From an uncultured Actinomycetes bacterium (GTDB taxonomy: Bacteria; Actinomycetota; Thermoleophilia; UBA2241), in the NCBI GenBank assembly GCA_963755025.1, contig CAVWIH010000011.1:1-64000 (forward strand): DNA of 64,000 nt, in the 5' to 3' direction. Each line of letters opens with the position of its first letter. Position 1 is the stretch's first letter. Below, piece after piece: positions 47,438 through 59,301 of the stretch. Below the pieces are notes generated by a model. That model did not search any database, was not told the DNA's origin, and was given only the letters and a program-made list of their open reading frames with translations. A program made the position numbers and the translations under genes.

Positions 47438-48571
47438 CTAGATGCCCCCGAAGCGCGCCGCGCGCGGGTCGGGCTCGGTCTTGCCGAGCTCCTCGGCAAG
47501 TCGCTTCTGTTCCTTGCTCAGCTTGGTCGGCACGATCAGCCGCACGCGCGCCAGCAGGTCGCCGTTGCCGCCGCCCTTGAGGCGCGGCGCGCCCTTGCCG
47601 CGCAAGCGCAGCGTACGCCCGTCGGAGCTGCCCGCCGGCACCTTGAGCGACACCTTGCCGCCGCCCGGCGTGGGCACGCGCGCGGTGGCGCCGAGCATCG
47701 CCTCGGCCATGGTCACCGGCACCTCGATCATGAGGTCGTCGCCGCGGCGCTCGAACAGGCCGGAGTCTTCGACGTGCACGACCACGTAGAGGTCGCCGGG
47801 CTGACCGCCGGCGGCGCCGCCCTCGCCCTTGCCCTTGAGGCGGATCTTGGTGCCCTCTTTGGCGCCCGCCGGGATCTTCACCGCGTAGCGCCGCGTCTGG
47901 CGGGTGACGCCGCCGCCGTGACAGGTGGGGCACGGCGAGTCGATCACGGTGCCGTTGCCGTGGCAGCGCGGGCAGGGCACCGAGATGGCAAAGGGGCCCT
48001 GGTTCTGCGCCATGACGCCGCGGCCGTGGCACTCGGGACAGATCTTGGGCGAGGTGCCCGGCGCCGCGCCGGTACCGTGACAGGTAGGGCAGGGGCCGTT
48101 GCTCTCGACCGGCACGCGCACCGAGGCGCCGTTCAGCGAGTCGTCGAACGAGATGGTGACGTCGGCCTGCAGGTCGGCGCCGCGCTGGGCCGTGGCGCGG
48201 CCGCCGCGGCGGTTACCCTGCCCCGCGCCGCCGAAGAGGCTCGAGAGGATGTCGCCGAAGTCGCCCATCTGGAACGCCTGGCCGCCGCCCTGCTGGAACA
48301 TGCTCGGGTCGAAGCCCTGAAAGCCGCCCTGGCCGGGGCGTCCGGTGCGCGGGTCGAAGGCGCCCAGGCGCAGCATCTCGTCGTAGTGCTTGCGCTTGTC
48401 GGGGTCGGAGAGCGTCTCGTAGGCCTCGCTGACCTCTTTGAACTTGTCTTCGGCGCCCTTGTCGGAGTTGGTGTCGGGGTGGTACTTGCGCGCCAGCTTG
48501 CGAAAGGCCTTGCGGACCTCGTCGGGCGAGGCCTCGCGCGGGACTCCGAGCGTCTTGTAGAAATCGGCCAT
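47438..48571 (-). CDS. dnaJ: Chaperone DnaJ
   Basis: HPD motif; four CxxCxGxG. Confidence 0.97.
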   Translation of the reverse strand: MADFYKTLGVPREASPDEVRKAFRKLARKYHPDTNSDKGAEDKFKEVSEAYETLSDPDKRKHYDEMLRLGAFDPRTGRPGQGGFQGFDPSMFQQGGGQAFQMGDFGDILSSLFGGAGQGNRRGGRATAQRGADLQADVTISFDDSLNGASVRVPVESNGPCPTCHGTGAAPGTSPKICPECHGRGVMAQNQGPFAISVPCPRCHGNGTVIDSPCPTCHGGGVTRQTRRYAVKIPAGAKEGTKIRLKGKGEGGAAGGQPGDLYVVVHVEDSGLFERRGDDLMIEVPVTMAEAMLGATARVPTPGGGKVSLKVPAGSSDGRTLRLRGKGAPRLKGGGNGDLLARVRLIVPTKLSKEQKRLAEELGKTEPDPRAARFGGI

Positions 48572-48574
48572 GGG

Positions 48575-49225
48575 CTACCTCGCCACGATGACCCGTGCGG
48601 GCCGCAGCAGCCTGCCGTGCAGCAGGTAGCCGGGCTCGAGCACGGCGACGATCGCGCCCTCGTCGAACTCGTCGGATTCTTGCGCGACGACCGCCTCGTG
48701 GACGTTGGGGTCGAACGGCAGCCCCGGTTCGGCGGGCACCTCGTCGAGGCCGTGGCTCTCGAGCACCGAGCGCAGCTGCCCGGAGACGATCTCCACACCC
48801 TTGATCAGTTGCCCCTCTTCGTGGCGCTCGGCCGACTCGAGGGCGCGCTGCATGTTGTCGAGCACCGGCAGCAGCGATTCGAGCACGCCCTCGCCGGCGC
48901 GCAAGACGAGCGCCTGGTTGTCGCGCTGCATGCGCTTGCGGTAGTTCTCGAACTCGGCCTTGAGACGCTGCAGGTGGTCGAGGTACTGGTCGCGCTCGGC
49001 CAAGGCCGCGCGCAGCTCGTCGCCCGCCGCCGGGTGCAGCTCGATGACCGGCTGCGCGCCGCCCTCGGGCTCGATGGGGACCGTGCGATCGCGAGACGAC
49101 GCCGCCGCCTTGACGTCGGCCGCGTCGGACGGCTGGTCGGCCGCGCCCTGGGGAGCGGCGTCGGCCTCGTGGTCGCCGCGCTTGCCCTGGCTGCGCCGGT
49201 CCTTCTTGTCGTGGGGTGTCGTCAT
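48575..49225 (-). CDS. grpE: Nucleotide exchange factor GrpE
   Basis: [19 protein letters not shown]...LLRPARV. Confidence 0.96.
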   Translation of the reverse strand: MTTPHDKKDRRSQGKRGDHEADAAPQGAADQPSDAADVKAAASSRDRTVPIEPEGGAQPVIELHPAAGDELRAALAERDQYLDHLQRLKAEFENYRKRMQRDNQALVLRAGEGVLESLLPVLDNMQRALESAERHEEGQLIKGVEIVSGQLRSVLESHGLDEVPAEPGLPFDPNVHEAVVAQESDEFDEGAIVAVLEPGYLLHGRLLRPARVIVAR

Positions 49226-49408
49226 CGTCTGGTCGCCCTCTGTCGTGATCGCCTGATCGTTTTGGTCGTTTCGGTCGTACGTGTCGGCTGTGCGGTCGTG
49301 CCTTCGTTCGCGCGGCCCGGCGGCGCGGCCGGGCGGCGGTGACGCCGCCCGGCCGGCGGTCGGCTGCGGCCCGGCGCCCGCCGGGCCGTCGTGCCTGCCG
49401 CCCGCGCG

Positions 49409-49865
49409 TCAGGCCTTGGCCGCCATCGCCTCGACGGTGGCCGCCGGCTTGACCTCGATGCGCCGCGGACGCTCCGGCTTCGGACTTGGGCACGGTGACC
49501 TGCAGGACACCGTCTTCGTAGGTGGCCCTGATCTCGTCGGCCTTCACGCCCTGCGGCAGGGCGAGGCTGCGCTGGAACGAGCCGTAGCGACGCTCGACGC
49601 GGTAGTAGCGCTGCTCGTCGACCTTGTCTTCGAAGGTGCGCTCGCCCTTGACGGTGAGCACGTTGTCGTCGACCTCGATCTGGATGTCGTCGACCTTCAT
49701 GCCGGGCAGCTCGGCCTTGAGCACGACGGCCTCTTTGGTGTCGAACACGTCGACCGCCGGTACCCAGCTCTCGGGACGCCCCGACCACAGCGAGTCGGCG
49801 AGCCGGTTCACCTGGCCCTGCAGGTTCGTCATTTCGCGGAAGGGGTCCCATCTGATGATCGCCAT
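49409..49865 (-). CDS. Hsp20/alpha-crystallin small heat-shock protein (frameshift near 49470)
   Basis: [31 protein letters not shown]. Confidence 0.92.
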
Positions 49866-49976
49866 GTGTCCGTTCTCCTTTCCGGTCGCTGCCCGCCGGG
49901 CCCGGATGGGCCCGGCGGCCTCGACCTTCGGCCTGCTCGCGTGGGTATGACGCGGCGCCTTTACGTTGCTGTCTGC

Positions 49977-51885
<1,909 letters not shown>

Positions 51886-51930
51886 ACGTCTGCCTCCTTG
51901 GCGTTCTTCAGTCCTAGTTAGTCGAGAGCC

Positions 51931-51960
51931 ATAATAAAATCTGAGTCTATCTGTGTCAAG
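51931..51960 (-). promoter_or_regulatory. dnaK promoter with overlapping HAIR operator
   Basis: TTGACA-N17-TATTAT; CTTGACA-N7-ACTCAGA versus HAIR consensus CTTGAGT-N7-ACTCAAG. Confidence 0.85.
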
Positions 51961-52154
51961 TTATTGCCGATGAAGGCCCGGCTCCAAACCGGGGTCGAGC
52001 CCTCAAACGGCCACGCAGAGGGGCCTTCTGGAGCCTGCACAGAGTGCCTCTCGACCGGACCTCTAATCGCGCGGCAAGTCGCGTCTAAGCGCCGCGCGAC
52101 GACGGCCTTGGCGGGGCCTGTCGGGCCGTGTCGGCCCGCAGCTATAATCAGCTC

Positions 52155-53429
52155 ATGAGCGATGATCTGCGCAGGGTCGACGACGCTGGGGCTGCTCCAC
52201 CGCAGCCGCCAGTCACGGGCACGCTCGTCGTGCGGCGCTGGGTGCAGCTCGCCGTGCTGCCCGTGCTGCTCATCGTCGCCTGGCTGACGCTCGGCAAGAT
52301 CGGCGAAGCCGTCTTCATCTTCATCGTCGCTACCCTGCTCGCCCTCGCGCTCAACCCGTTCGTGCACGCGCTGCAGCGCATCAAGGCGCCGCGGGCGGTG
52401 GCGGTAGCCGTGGTCTACCTCGTCGCCGTCGGCATACTGGCCGGCGCGATCGCCCTCATCATCCCGCCGCTCGTGCGCCAGATCCGCGCGCTGCTCGACG
52501 CGCTGCCGGGCATGGCCCAGCAGGTCGGCGCCGGCGTGCACGGCCTGCAGAGCCTCGCCGACCGCTTTCACCTGCGCATCGACGTCTCCAAGGAGCTGCA
52601 GAGCGGCGCCAAGTCGGTGGCGACCTACCTGCTGGGCGCCTCGCGCAGCCTGCTGGGCATCGGCGTCTCGGTGGCCCGCACGGTCACGATCAGCGTCATC
52701 ATCGCCGTGATCTCGATCTACATGCTGCTCGACGCCAAGCGCATCGGGCGCGTCATCGTCGAGCACTTCCCCACCGGCTCACAAGACGACGGCGCCGCCT
52801 ACGTCGCGCTCACCCAGAGCGCCGTGGTGAAGTACCTGCAGGCCCAGCTGCTGCTGTCGGCGGCCATCGGCACCGGCACCGGCCTCACCATGTGGGTGCT
52901 GGGCGTGACCGGCGTGTTCCCTTCGGGCTCCAAGTACGCCATCGCCTTCGGCGCGTGGGCCGGCCTCACCGAGGTCATCCCCTACCTCGGCCCGGTGCTG
53001 GGCGCCATCCCGCCGGTGATCGTCGCCCTGCTGCACGCGCCGCTCACCGCCGTGTGGGTGATCATCGCCTACGTCGGCATCCAGGAGATCGAGGGCCATA
53101 TCGCCGCGCCGCTCATCATGGGTACGCGCTTTCGTGTGCACCCGCTGGTCGTCATCTTCGCCGTGCTGATCGGCAACCAGCTCCACGGCATCATCGGCAT
53201 GTTCATCGCCGTGCCGCTCATTCCGCTCGCCCGCGAGACCTGGATGTTCTTCCGCGCGCGCGTGCGGTTCGAAGGCTGGCAGAACACCGTGCTCGACGTC
53301 ACCGGCGGGGGGCGCCGCGACGACCCGCCGGCGTCGATCGTGGGGCCGGGGCCGGCCGCCCCGCCCGGCGCACCCGGCGGGCTCGGCGCGGCGGCGCAGC
53401 CCGACCCGGCGGGATCTTCCGACACCTGA
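52155..53429 (+). CDS. AI-2E family transporter (probably leaderless)
   Basis: ALNPFV, IPYLGP, QEIEGH...P, VHP; TATAAT 6 nt before ATG. Confidence 0.9.
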   Translation: MSDDLRRVDDAGAAPPQPPVTGTLVVRRWVQLAVLPVLLIVAWLTLGKIGEAVFIFIVATLLALALNPFVHALQRIKAPRAVAVAVVYLVAVGILAGAIALIIPPLVRQIRALLDALPGMAQQVGAGVHGLQSLADRFHLRIDVSKELQSGAKSVATYLLGASRSLLGIGVSVARTVTISVIIAVISIYMLLDAKRIGRVIVEHFPTGSQDDGAAYVALTQSAVVKYLQAQLLLSAAIGTGTGLTMWVLGVTGVFPSGSKYAIAFGAWAGLTEVIPYLGPVLGAIPPVIVALLHAPLTAVWVIIAYVGIQEIEGHIAAPLIMGTRFRVHPLVVIFAVLIGNQLHGIIGMFIAVPLIPLARETWMFFRARVRFEGWQNTVLDVTGGGRRDDPPASIVGPGPAAPPGAPGGLGAAAQPDPAGSSDT

Positions 53430-53804
53430 GACGCCCCGCCGGGTCGCGTGCACGCCGGTTTCCGTCGTGGGCAAGGGCCTGTATTGCCGAAACGGCTGCC
53501 GAACCGGCAAATGTGTTGCCGCAACCTACGCATCCGGGAACAGTAGGCATACACTGAGCGCTCCAGCCTCTTTGGCTTGTGATGCTCCGTTCATGGGGGG
53601 AGCAGCCGGGCGGCCGGGGCGCAGCTCCGGAGCGCCAGTCTGTTATGACTGCGAGGTGATGCGCGGCCCGACGAGGGCGTTTTTGTGACTTCCTTGATTC
53701 TCCGGTCGTTCGGCGTACCCGTTTTCGCCGGCCGCCACGGCGGGTGCACCGCACGGTAGCTCGTCAATCCGGATTCCTTTAGCGATGCAAGGAGTGGACA
53801 AAGC

Positions 53805-55193
53805 ATGGCCTCATCAGCACCGGTCCAGATCGATCGCCAGCTCATCGCCGAGCTCACCGACAAAGAGGAGAAGCGCCTCGAAGACGCGACACCCAAGTCG
53901 TTCGAGCTGTATCAGCGGGCCGTCAAGTCGATGCCCATGGGCGTCGCCTCCACCTACCACGCCCGCGACCCCTACCCCGTCTACTTCACCCACGGCAAGG
54001 GCTCCCACATCTTCACCGTCGACGGTCAGGAGCTGCGCGACTTTCACAACGGCTACGGCTGCATGGTGCAGGGCCACGCCAACCCCATCATCATCGAAGC
54101 CATCCAGAAGCGCGCCCCGCTCGGCACCCAGTTCGGCCTGCCCACCGAAGACGGCATCATCATGGCCGAGCACCTCGCCTCAGCCTTCAAGCTGCCCAAG
54201 TGGCGCTTTGTGAACTCGGGCTCCGAGGCCACCATGGACGCCATCCGCGTGGCCCGCGGCTTCACCGGTCGCGAGCCCATCGTCAAGATGTTCGGCTCCT
54301 ACCACGGCCATCACGACTACGTCATGGTCTCGATCGGCGTCAAAGACTTCGGCCAGATCGGTCCGCGCGACAACTACAAGTCGTTCTCGTACGGCGCCGG
54401 CATTCCGCAGTCGTCTATCGACCTCACCATCCCGGTGCCCTTCAACGACCCCGAGAACATGGTCAAGCGCATCGAGCGCGAGGTCGCCGAGGGCCGCACG
54501 CCGGCCGCCCTCATCATGGAGCCCGCCATGATGAACATGGGCGTCATCCTGCCCGAGCCCGGGTTCCTCGAGGCCGTCCGCGCCGTCACCAAGAAGCACG
54601 GCATCGTGCTCATCTTCGACGAGGTCAAGACGGGCATCTGCACGGCTCGCGGCGGCGCGGTCGAGCGCTGGGGCGTCGTGCCCGACATGATCTGCCTGGG
54701 CAAGGCCGTCGCCGGCGGCACGCCGTGCGGCGTGATCGGCGGCAACGACGAGGTCATGAACGCGATCCACGAGGGCACCGTCTTCCAGGTCGGCACCTAC
54801 TCCGGCAACCCACTCTCCATGGCCGCCGCCCGCGCCAGCTTCGAGCAGGTCATGACCGACGACGCCTACGCCCACCTGAACTACCTGAACGACCGTCTCA
54901 TCACCGAATGCGACGCGATCTGCAAGAAGTACGACTTCCCGGGCTACACGGTCGGCATCTCGTCGAAGGGCTGCGTCAACTTCGCCGCCGGCCACATCAA
55001 CGACTACGAGTCGTTCATCAAGTACCAGGACCACGAGCTCGTCGCCCTGGCGTGGCTGTACAACTTCAACCGCGGCGTGATCATCGCCCCCGGTCGCGAA
55101 GAGGAATGGACCCTGTCCATTCAGCATAGCGACGAAGACATCGACCTCTACGTCAACGCCTTCGAGGACCTCGTCCGCGACGTGACCGCCTGA
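53805..55193 (+). CDS. Class III PLP aminotransferase (GSA-aminomutase-like)
   Basis: NSGSEAT, YHG, FDEVKTG, LGKAVAGG, GTYSGNP. Confidence 0.88.
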   Translation: MASSAPVQIDRQLIAELTDKEEKRLEDATPKSFELYQRAVKSMPMGVASTYHARDPYPVYFTHGKGSHIFTVDGQELRDFHNGYGCMVQGHANPIIIEAIQKRAPLGTQFGLPTEDGIIMAEHLASAFKLPKWRFVNSGSEATMDAIRVARGFTGREPIVKMFGSYHGHHDYVMVSIGVKDFGQIGPRDNYKSFSYGAGIPQSSIDLTIPVPFNDPENMVKRIEREVAEGRTPAALIMEPAMMNMGVILPEPGFLEAVRAVTKKHGIVLIFDEVKTGICTARGGAVERWGVVPDMICLGKAVAGGTPCGVIGGNDEVMNAIHEGTVFQVGTYSGNPLSMAAARASFEQVMTDDAYAHLNYLNDRLITECDAICKKYDFPGYTVGISSKGCVNFAAGHINDYESFIKYQDHELVALAWLYNFNRGVIIAPGREEEWTLSIQHSDEDIDLYVNAFEDLVRDVTA

Positions 55194-55211
55194 CCACCCG
55201 ACCAGCGCGAA

Positions 55212-55312
55212 ACGCGCCTGCGCGCCGCCGCGAGGCGGCGCGCAGGCGCGTCACCAACGAAAGCACCGCCCCGCCGGCGCACCTCGAGCCGGCGGGGCGG
55301 TGCTGTTTTTTT
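55212..55312 (+). terminator. Two tandem hairpins, the second with a U-tract
   Basis: 18-bp stem 55212-55251; 17-bp stem 55262-55304 followed by TTTTTTT. Confidence 0.85.
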
Positions 55313-55322
55313 GTCTCCCCGC

Positions 55323-56276
55323 CTACCAGGACCAGTCGTCGGCCGCAGCCTCGCTCTTCCAGCCCGCGCCCTCGCCCGGGTCGGCCGGCGCCGGACCGGC
55401 GGGCGGCACGGGCTGCGGGTCGTGCAGGTGGTCGAACGCCCAGTCGATGCCGCTGCCGTCGGCGCCGATCTCGGGCGCCGGAGCGCCCACGCGCACGACC
55501 TCGTCGCGCACGCTGTCGCGGTGGCTGCGCAGTCGCGCGTCGTCGGGCGGCCGGGCCGTGCGTTCGCCGCTCGTGAGCAGCACCTTGGCCTGGCAGAACT
55601 TGCCCAGGATGGAGATGACGGTGACCTCTTCGAGGTGGCTGGCCGCGGCGACCTCGTTCACGGTGCGCTCGTCGTCGATGAGCGTGAGCACGTGGAACTC
55701 GTCGCGCCCCATGGGGATGGGGTGGCGCGGCAGCGTCTCGTAGTCGCGGTTGTGCACCAGCACGGTGTTGGCGGCGCCCACCAGTTCGAAGGCGGCGACG
55801 TAGTCGGCGCCGACCGCCGACACCTCGATCAGCACGCTCTGCGTGTCGATCGTGATGTAGTCGACCGGCTCGGCTGTGTCGTCGATGACGAACATGAACG
55901 TGCCGGCCTGCGTGGTCGTCTTGACGGCCAGGAAGGTGTTGGCCACCTGGCGCGAGAGCACCTCGCGCAGGTCGTCTTCGGCCACGAAGCCGCGCCCCAC
56001 GAGGATGGTGCCGATGGGCCGGGGGTCGCTCTCCTGCTCGCGCAGCGCCTGGTCGAGTTGCTCCTCGGTGACCAGCGAGCGCTTGATGAGCAGGCTGCCC
56101 AGGACCGTGTCGGCGTAGACGCGCGTGGAGTCGCGCGTCTCGGCGATCCGGCCCTGCACGAAGTGGACGTCGATCTGACGCTCGGCGCACTCGATGTGGA
56201 GCGTGCCCGAGCGCCGGACCCTGCCCAGCATCTGCAGGACCTCGACGACGCTGAACGTGTCCAGGGTGCCGTGCAT
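55323..56276 (-). CDS. DUF4388 (PatA-N) protein with MshEN-like segment
   Basis: GTLDTFSVVEVLQML...SGTL; LGSLL...VTEEQLDQALREQ...IGTILV. Confidence 0.8.
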   Translation of the reverse strand: MHGTLDTFSVVEVLQMLGRVRRSGTLHIECAERQIDVHFVQGRIAETRDSTRVYADTVLGSLLIKRSLVTEEQLDQALREQESDPRPIGTILVGRGFVAEDDLREVLSRQVANTFLAVKTTTQAGTFMFVIDDTAEPVDYITIDTQSVLIEVSAVGADYVAAFELVGAANTVLVHNRDYETLPRHPIPMGRDEFHVLTLIDDERTVNEVAAASHLEEVTVISILGKFCQAKVLLTSGERTARPPDDARLRSHRDSVRDEVVRVGAPAPEIGADGSGIDWAFDHLHDPQPVPPAGPAPADPGEGAGWKSEAAADDWSW

Positions 56277-56304
56277 GACTACTGCGAGTGTATACTCGCC
56301 CCTG

Positions 56305-56986
56305 ATGAGAGTCGACCTGCACGTGCACACCTACCCGGCGTCGAGGTGCTCGTCGATCGCCTACCGCGACTTCATCGCCCACTGCCGCACGCAGCGCGTG
56401 CCGGCCATCGCCCTCACCAACCACGGCGACGTCGGCGACAACCGGCGCCTCGAAGGCCCGCTCGCCGAGGTCGGCACTGTGCTGGTCCACGGCGTCGAGA
56501 TCTCGACGCCGAGCGGCGACTTCATCGTCTACTCGCCCGACCTCGACTACCTCGCCGGGTTCCGCGCGGAGCAGGGCGTGCCCGAGGCCGGCTCCATCGC
56601 CGCCGGCGCCGCCGTCGTGTGGGTGCACCCGGCCGCCGGCGGCGGGCGCAGCGGTTCGCCGTACCGCGCCGGCCTGGGCGACGAGCTCGCCCCGCTGATC
56701 GACGCGATCGAGGTGTGGAACGGCAACTGGCCGCAGCGCCGCTTTGTCGACACCGCGGCGCGCCTGTGCCACCGGCTGGGCCTGCCCGCCGACCGCCGGC
56801 AGCGACGCCCATCGCGTGGAGCGACTCGGGGTGTGCGCCACCGAGGTGCAGGGCGAGGTGCGGTCGACCGCCGACGTGGTCGCCGCCATCAAGGCCGGCG
56901 CGATCGGGGCCGTGGGGCCCGCCGCCGGCCGCGGCCCGGGCCGCCTGTTCGAGCCGTTCAGACGCTCGCCGACGAAAGGACTCTGA
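56305..56986 (+). CDS. PHP domain protein (frameshift near 56790)
   Basis: DLHVHT, TNH, GVE, HP, GSDAH. Confidence 0.82.
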
Positions 56987-56987
56987 C

Positions 56988-57392
56988 GTGATCACACTCT
57001 CGCTCGAGACCCGCGACCGCGTGACCCTGGTCGACGTGACCGCGCTCGTGGAGCAGGCCCTGGCCGGCAGCGGCCTGCGCGAAGGCGCGGTCGTGGTGTT
57101 CTGCCCGCACACGACGGCCGGCATGACCATCAACGAGAACGCCGACCCGAGCGTGCGCCGCGACCTGGCGATGGCCCTTGAGCGCCTGGTGCCCCAGGAT
57201 CTGCCGTTCGCCCACCTCGAGGGCAACTCGGACGCCCACATGAAGGCGTCGATGATGGGCAGCAGCGTGACCGTGCCGGTCGAGGCCGGCCGCCTGGCGC
57301 TCGGCACCTGGCAGGGCATCTACTTTGCCGAGTTCGACGGCCCCCGCCGGCGCCACTTTATGGTGCAGCCGCTGAGCGGACCGCGCGCCTAG
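56988..57392 (+). CDS. yjbQ: YjbQ/UPF0047 family protein
   Basis: PHTTAG, NENAD, NSDAH, LGTWQGI, EFDGPR. Confidence 0.92.
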   Translation: MITLSLETRDRVTLVDVTALVEQALAGSGLREGAVVVFCPHTTAGMTINENADPSVRRDLAMALERLVPQDLPFAHLEGNSDAHMKASMMGSSVTVPVEAGRLALGTWQGIYFAEFDGPRRRHFMVQPLSGPRA

Positions 57393-57421
57393 GCAGGCCG
57401 GCGCCCCGCACGGCGGTGCTG

Positions 57422-57500
57422 GCGCGGGCCAGCGGCCCAGCGCGCGCTCGGGCCAGCGGCCCAGCGCGTGCCCGGGCTAGCGGCCCAGCGCGCGCTCGAG
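57422..57500. repeat. 24-bp tandem repeat x3 including the peptidase stop codon
   Basis: cgggcyagcggcccagcgcgygcy units. Confidence 0.75.
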
Positions 57501-58979
57501 GTGGAGCTCGAGCGGGCGCGTGTCGAGCCTGCCGCCGCCGTTCTTGAGCAGGAGCTGGTCGGCCGAGTAGTGCTGCCCGGTCGACCACAGGCCCTTGAGC
57601 CAGGCCCCGGCGGCGGGGTCGGAGAACCACTCCATGCCGTAGTTGTCTTGCAGGAGCATGCGCAGCGCGCCCTCGAGCATCCAGGCGCGCAGGTAGTTGG
57701 AGGCGTAGAAGCCGTCGTCGATGTCGACCAGGTAGTTGGCCTGCGGCACCTCGAACTGCACGGCTTCGGAGAGCAGCGCGCCGTAGCGGCCCGCCATGGC
57801 GTCGAGCGAGCCGGTCTGCTTGTGGAACTCGGTCTCGTAGGCGAGCTTGCCGGCGTAGCGCCGTAAGAAATAGAGCTCGACCAGGTTGGCGAAGGTGAGG
57901 TAGTCCTGCGACTCGGCGAAGTCGAGGTAGGTCTCGAGCCAGCGCGGGTTGAGCGTGAGGTGGTCGAAGACGAAGGCGAAGCCCTCGGTGACCGCGTTGT
58001 CGCCCAGAAAGCGGAACTCGAACGGCAGGGCGGGGTCGGTGTGGGCGAAGTGCTCGGTGTGGCCGCCCTCGTGGAGGAGCGCCTGATAGTCGTCTTGACC
58101 GCCCTTGGGCATGACCACCAGGTAGATCTCTTCGGGTATGCGCACCGGCGCGCAGAAGGCGCGCGGCGTCTTTAGCTCGCGGACCTCAGCGTCGACGTGC
58201 ACGTTGCTCTGCTCGGCGAGCGAGACGCCCATGCCGCGCAGCGTGCGTTCGAAGGTGGGCAGCAGGTTGTCGCTCGCGAAGATGTGGTCGTATTCGGGGG
58301 CGCGCACGAGGTAGGGCAGGTCGGACTGCTCGAGCTCGGTGCGCGACAGGCCGAGCTTGGCGCGGGCGACTTTGTCGAGGGTGCGCTGATAGAGCCCTTC
58401 GGTGGCCTGCAGGAACATCTGGGTGGCGCCGCGCAGCATGCCGAAGTCGACGGCGCGGACTTCGGAGAACAGCTCGGAGTAGGTGGGGTAGCCGAGGTCG
58501 CCGACGAGCTCGTGCAGCCGCCGCCAGCGCTGGTCGTAGAGCGGGTTGAGGACCGCCGCCGTGTAGTCGAGCCGGGCGGTGTGGATGCGGCGCCGGCGGT
58601 CGCGATCTGGTTCGTTGGCCTGCACGACGCTGGAGTAGCGCAGGCCGATCTGCTCGCCGTCGACGTCGATCTTGGCGCGCGATTCGGTGTTGGCGATGTC
58701 GTCGGAGATCTCTTTGGTCTCGTTTCCCAGAAAGCCTTCGATGCCGAGGTTGAGCAGGAACGAGAGCTGACGGCGGTCGTCGGCGGCGACGGAGGCGTCG
58801 TAGTGACGGCGCAGCGTACGCACTGCGTCGAGGGTGAACAGGTCGGGGTAGCGGTCGTAGACCGCGGTGAAGTCGCAGTCGGGCTTGAGGCCGGCGAAGT
58901 GGTGATAGGCCTCGAGGTCGAGCGCGCCGGTGAACTCTTCGGCGCGGCGGCGGTAGTCGGCGAGATCGAACGTTGCCAC
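57477..58979 (-). CDS. M3/M32-like metallopeptidase
   Basis: PRAFC, HEGGH, downstream TEGFA; AGGAG RBS. Confidence 0.75.
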   Translation of the reverse strand: MATFDLADYRRRAEEFTGALDLEAYHHFAGLKPDCDFTAVYDRYPDLFTLDAVRTLRRHYDASVAADDRRQLSFLLNLGIEGFLGNETKEISDDIANTESRAKIDVDGEQIGLRYSSVVQANEPDRDRRRRIHTARLDYTAAVLNPLYDQRWRRLHELVGDLGYPTYSELFSEVRAVDFGMLRGATQMFLQATEGLYQRTLDKVARAKLGLSRTELEQSDLPYLVRAPEYDHIFASDNLLPTFERTLRGMGVSLAEQSNVHVDAEVRELKTPRAFCAPVRIPEEIYLVVMPKGGQDDYQALLHEGGHTEHFAHTDPALPFEFRFLGDNAVTEGFAFVFDHLTLNPRWLETYLDFAESQDYLTFANLVELYFLRRYAGKLAYETEFHKQTGSLDAMAGRYGALLSEAVQFEVPQANYLVDIDDGFYASNYLRAWMLEGALRMLLQDNYGMEWFSDPAAGAWLKGLWSTGQHYSADQLLLKNGGGRLDTRPLELHLERALGR

Positions 58980-59301
58980 GCGCGTGTCTCCTAGAGGAAG
59001 GGGTTGGGACGCCCGGACGGACGACCCTTGCCCGCTTGACGTATGTGCCCGTGCCGGCACTCTACCAGACCGTCCATACGAAATCGCGACGAGGGCGGAG
59101 CCTCAAGGTAGACAATTGCGCGAGAGCGCGCCGACGCCCGCGCGACCCCGCCCGGCGCCCTCCCCGGAGGAGCGCCGGAGCGCTCTCGCGGCACAGCCGG
59201 AGCGCCGTCGCGGCGCAGCCGGAGCGCGCTCGCGGCCCAGCCGGAGCGCGCTCGCCGCCCGGGCGACGCACCGCCGCGGCGCCTGAGGTACACTGGCCGC
59301 C

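Noticed and set aside
47407-47440. DnaJ-HspR fusion by amber readthrough
   Set aside because: Same frame, but an in-frame TGA intervenes after seven codons.
49222-49976. 887-aa DnaK with long C-terminal extension
   Set aside because: The extension overlaps hsp20 out of frame; a TAA follows the normal acidic tail in an adjacent frame.
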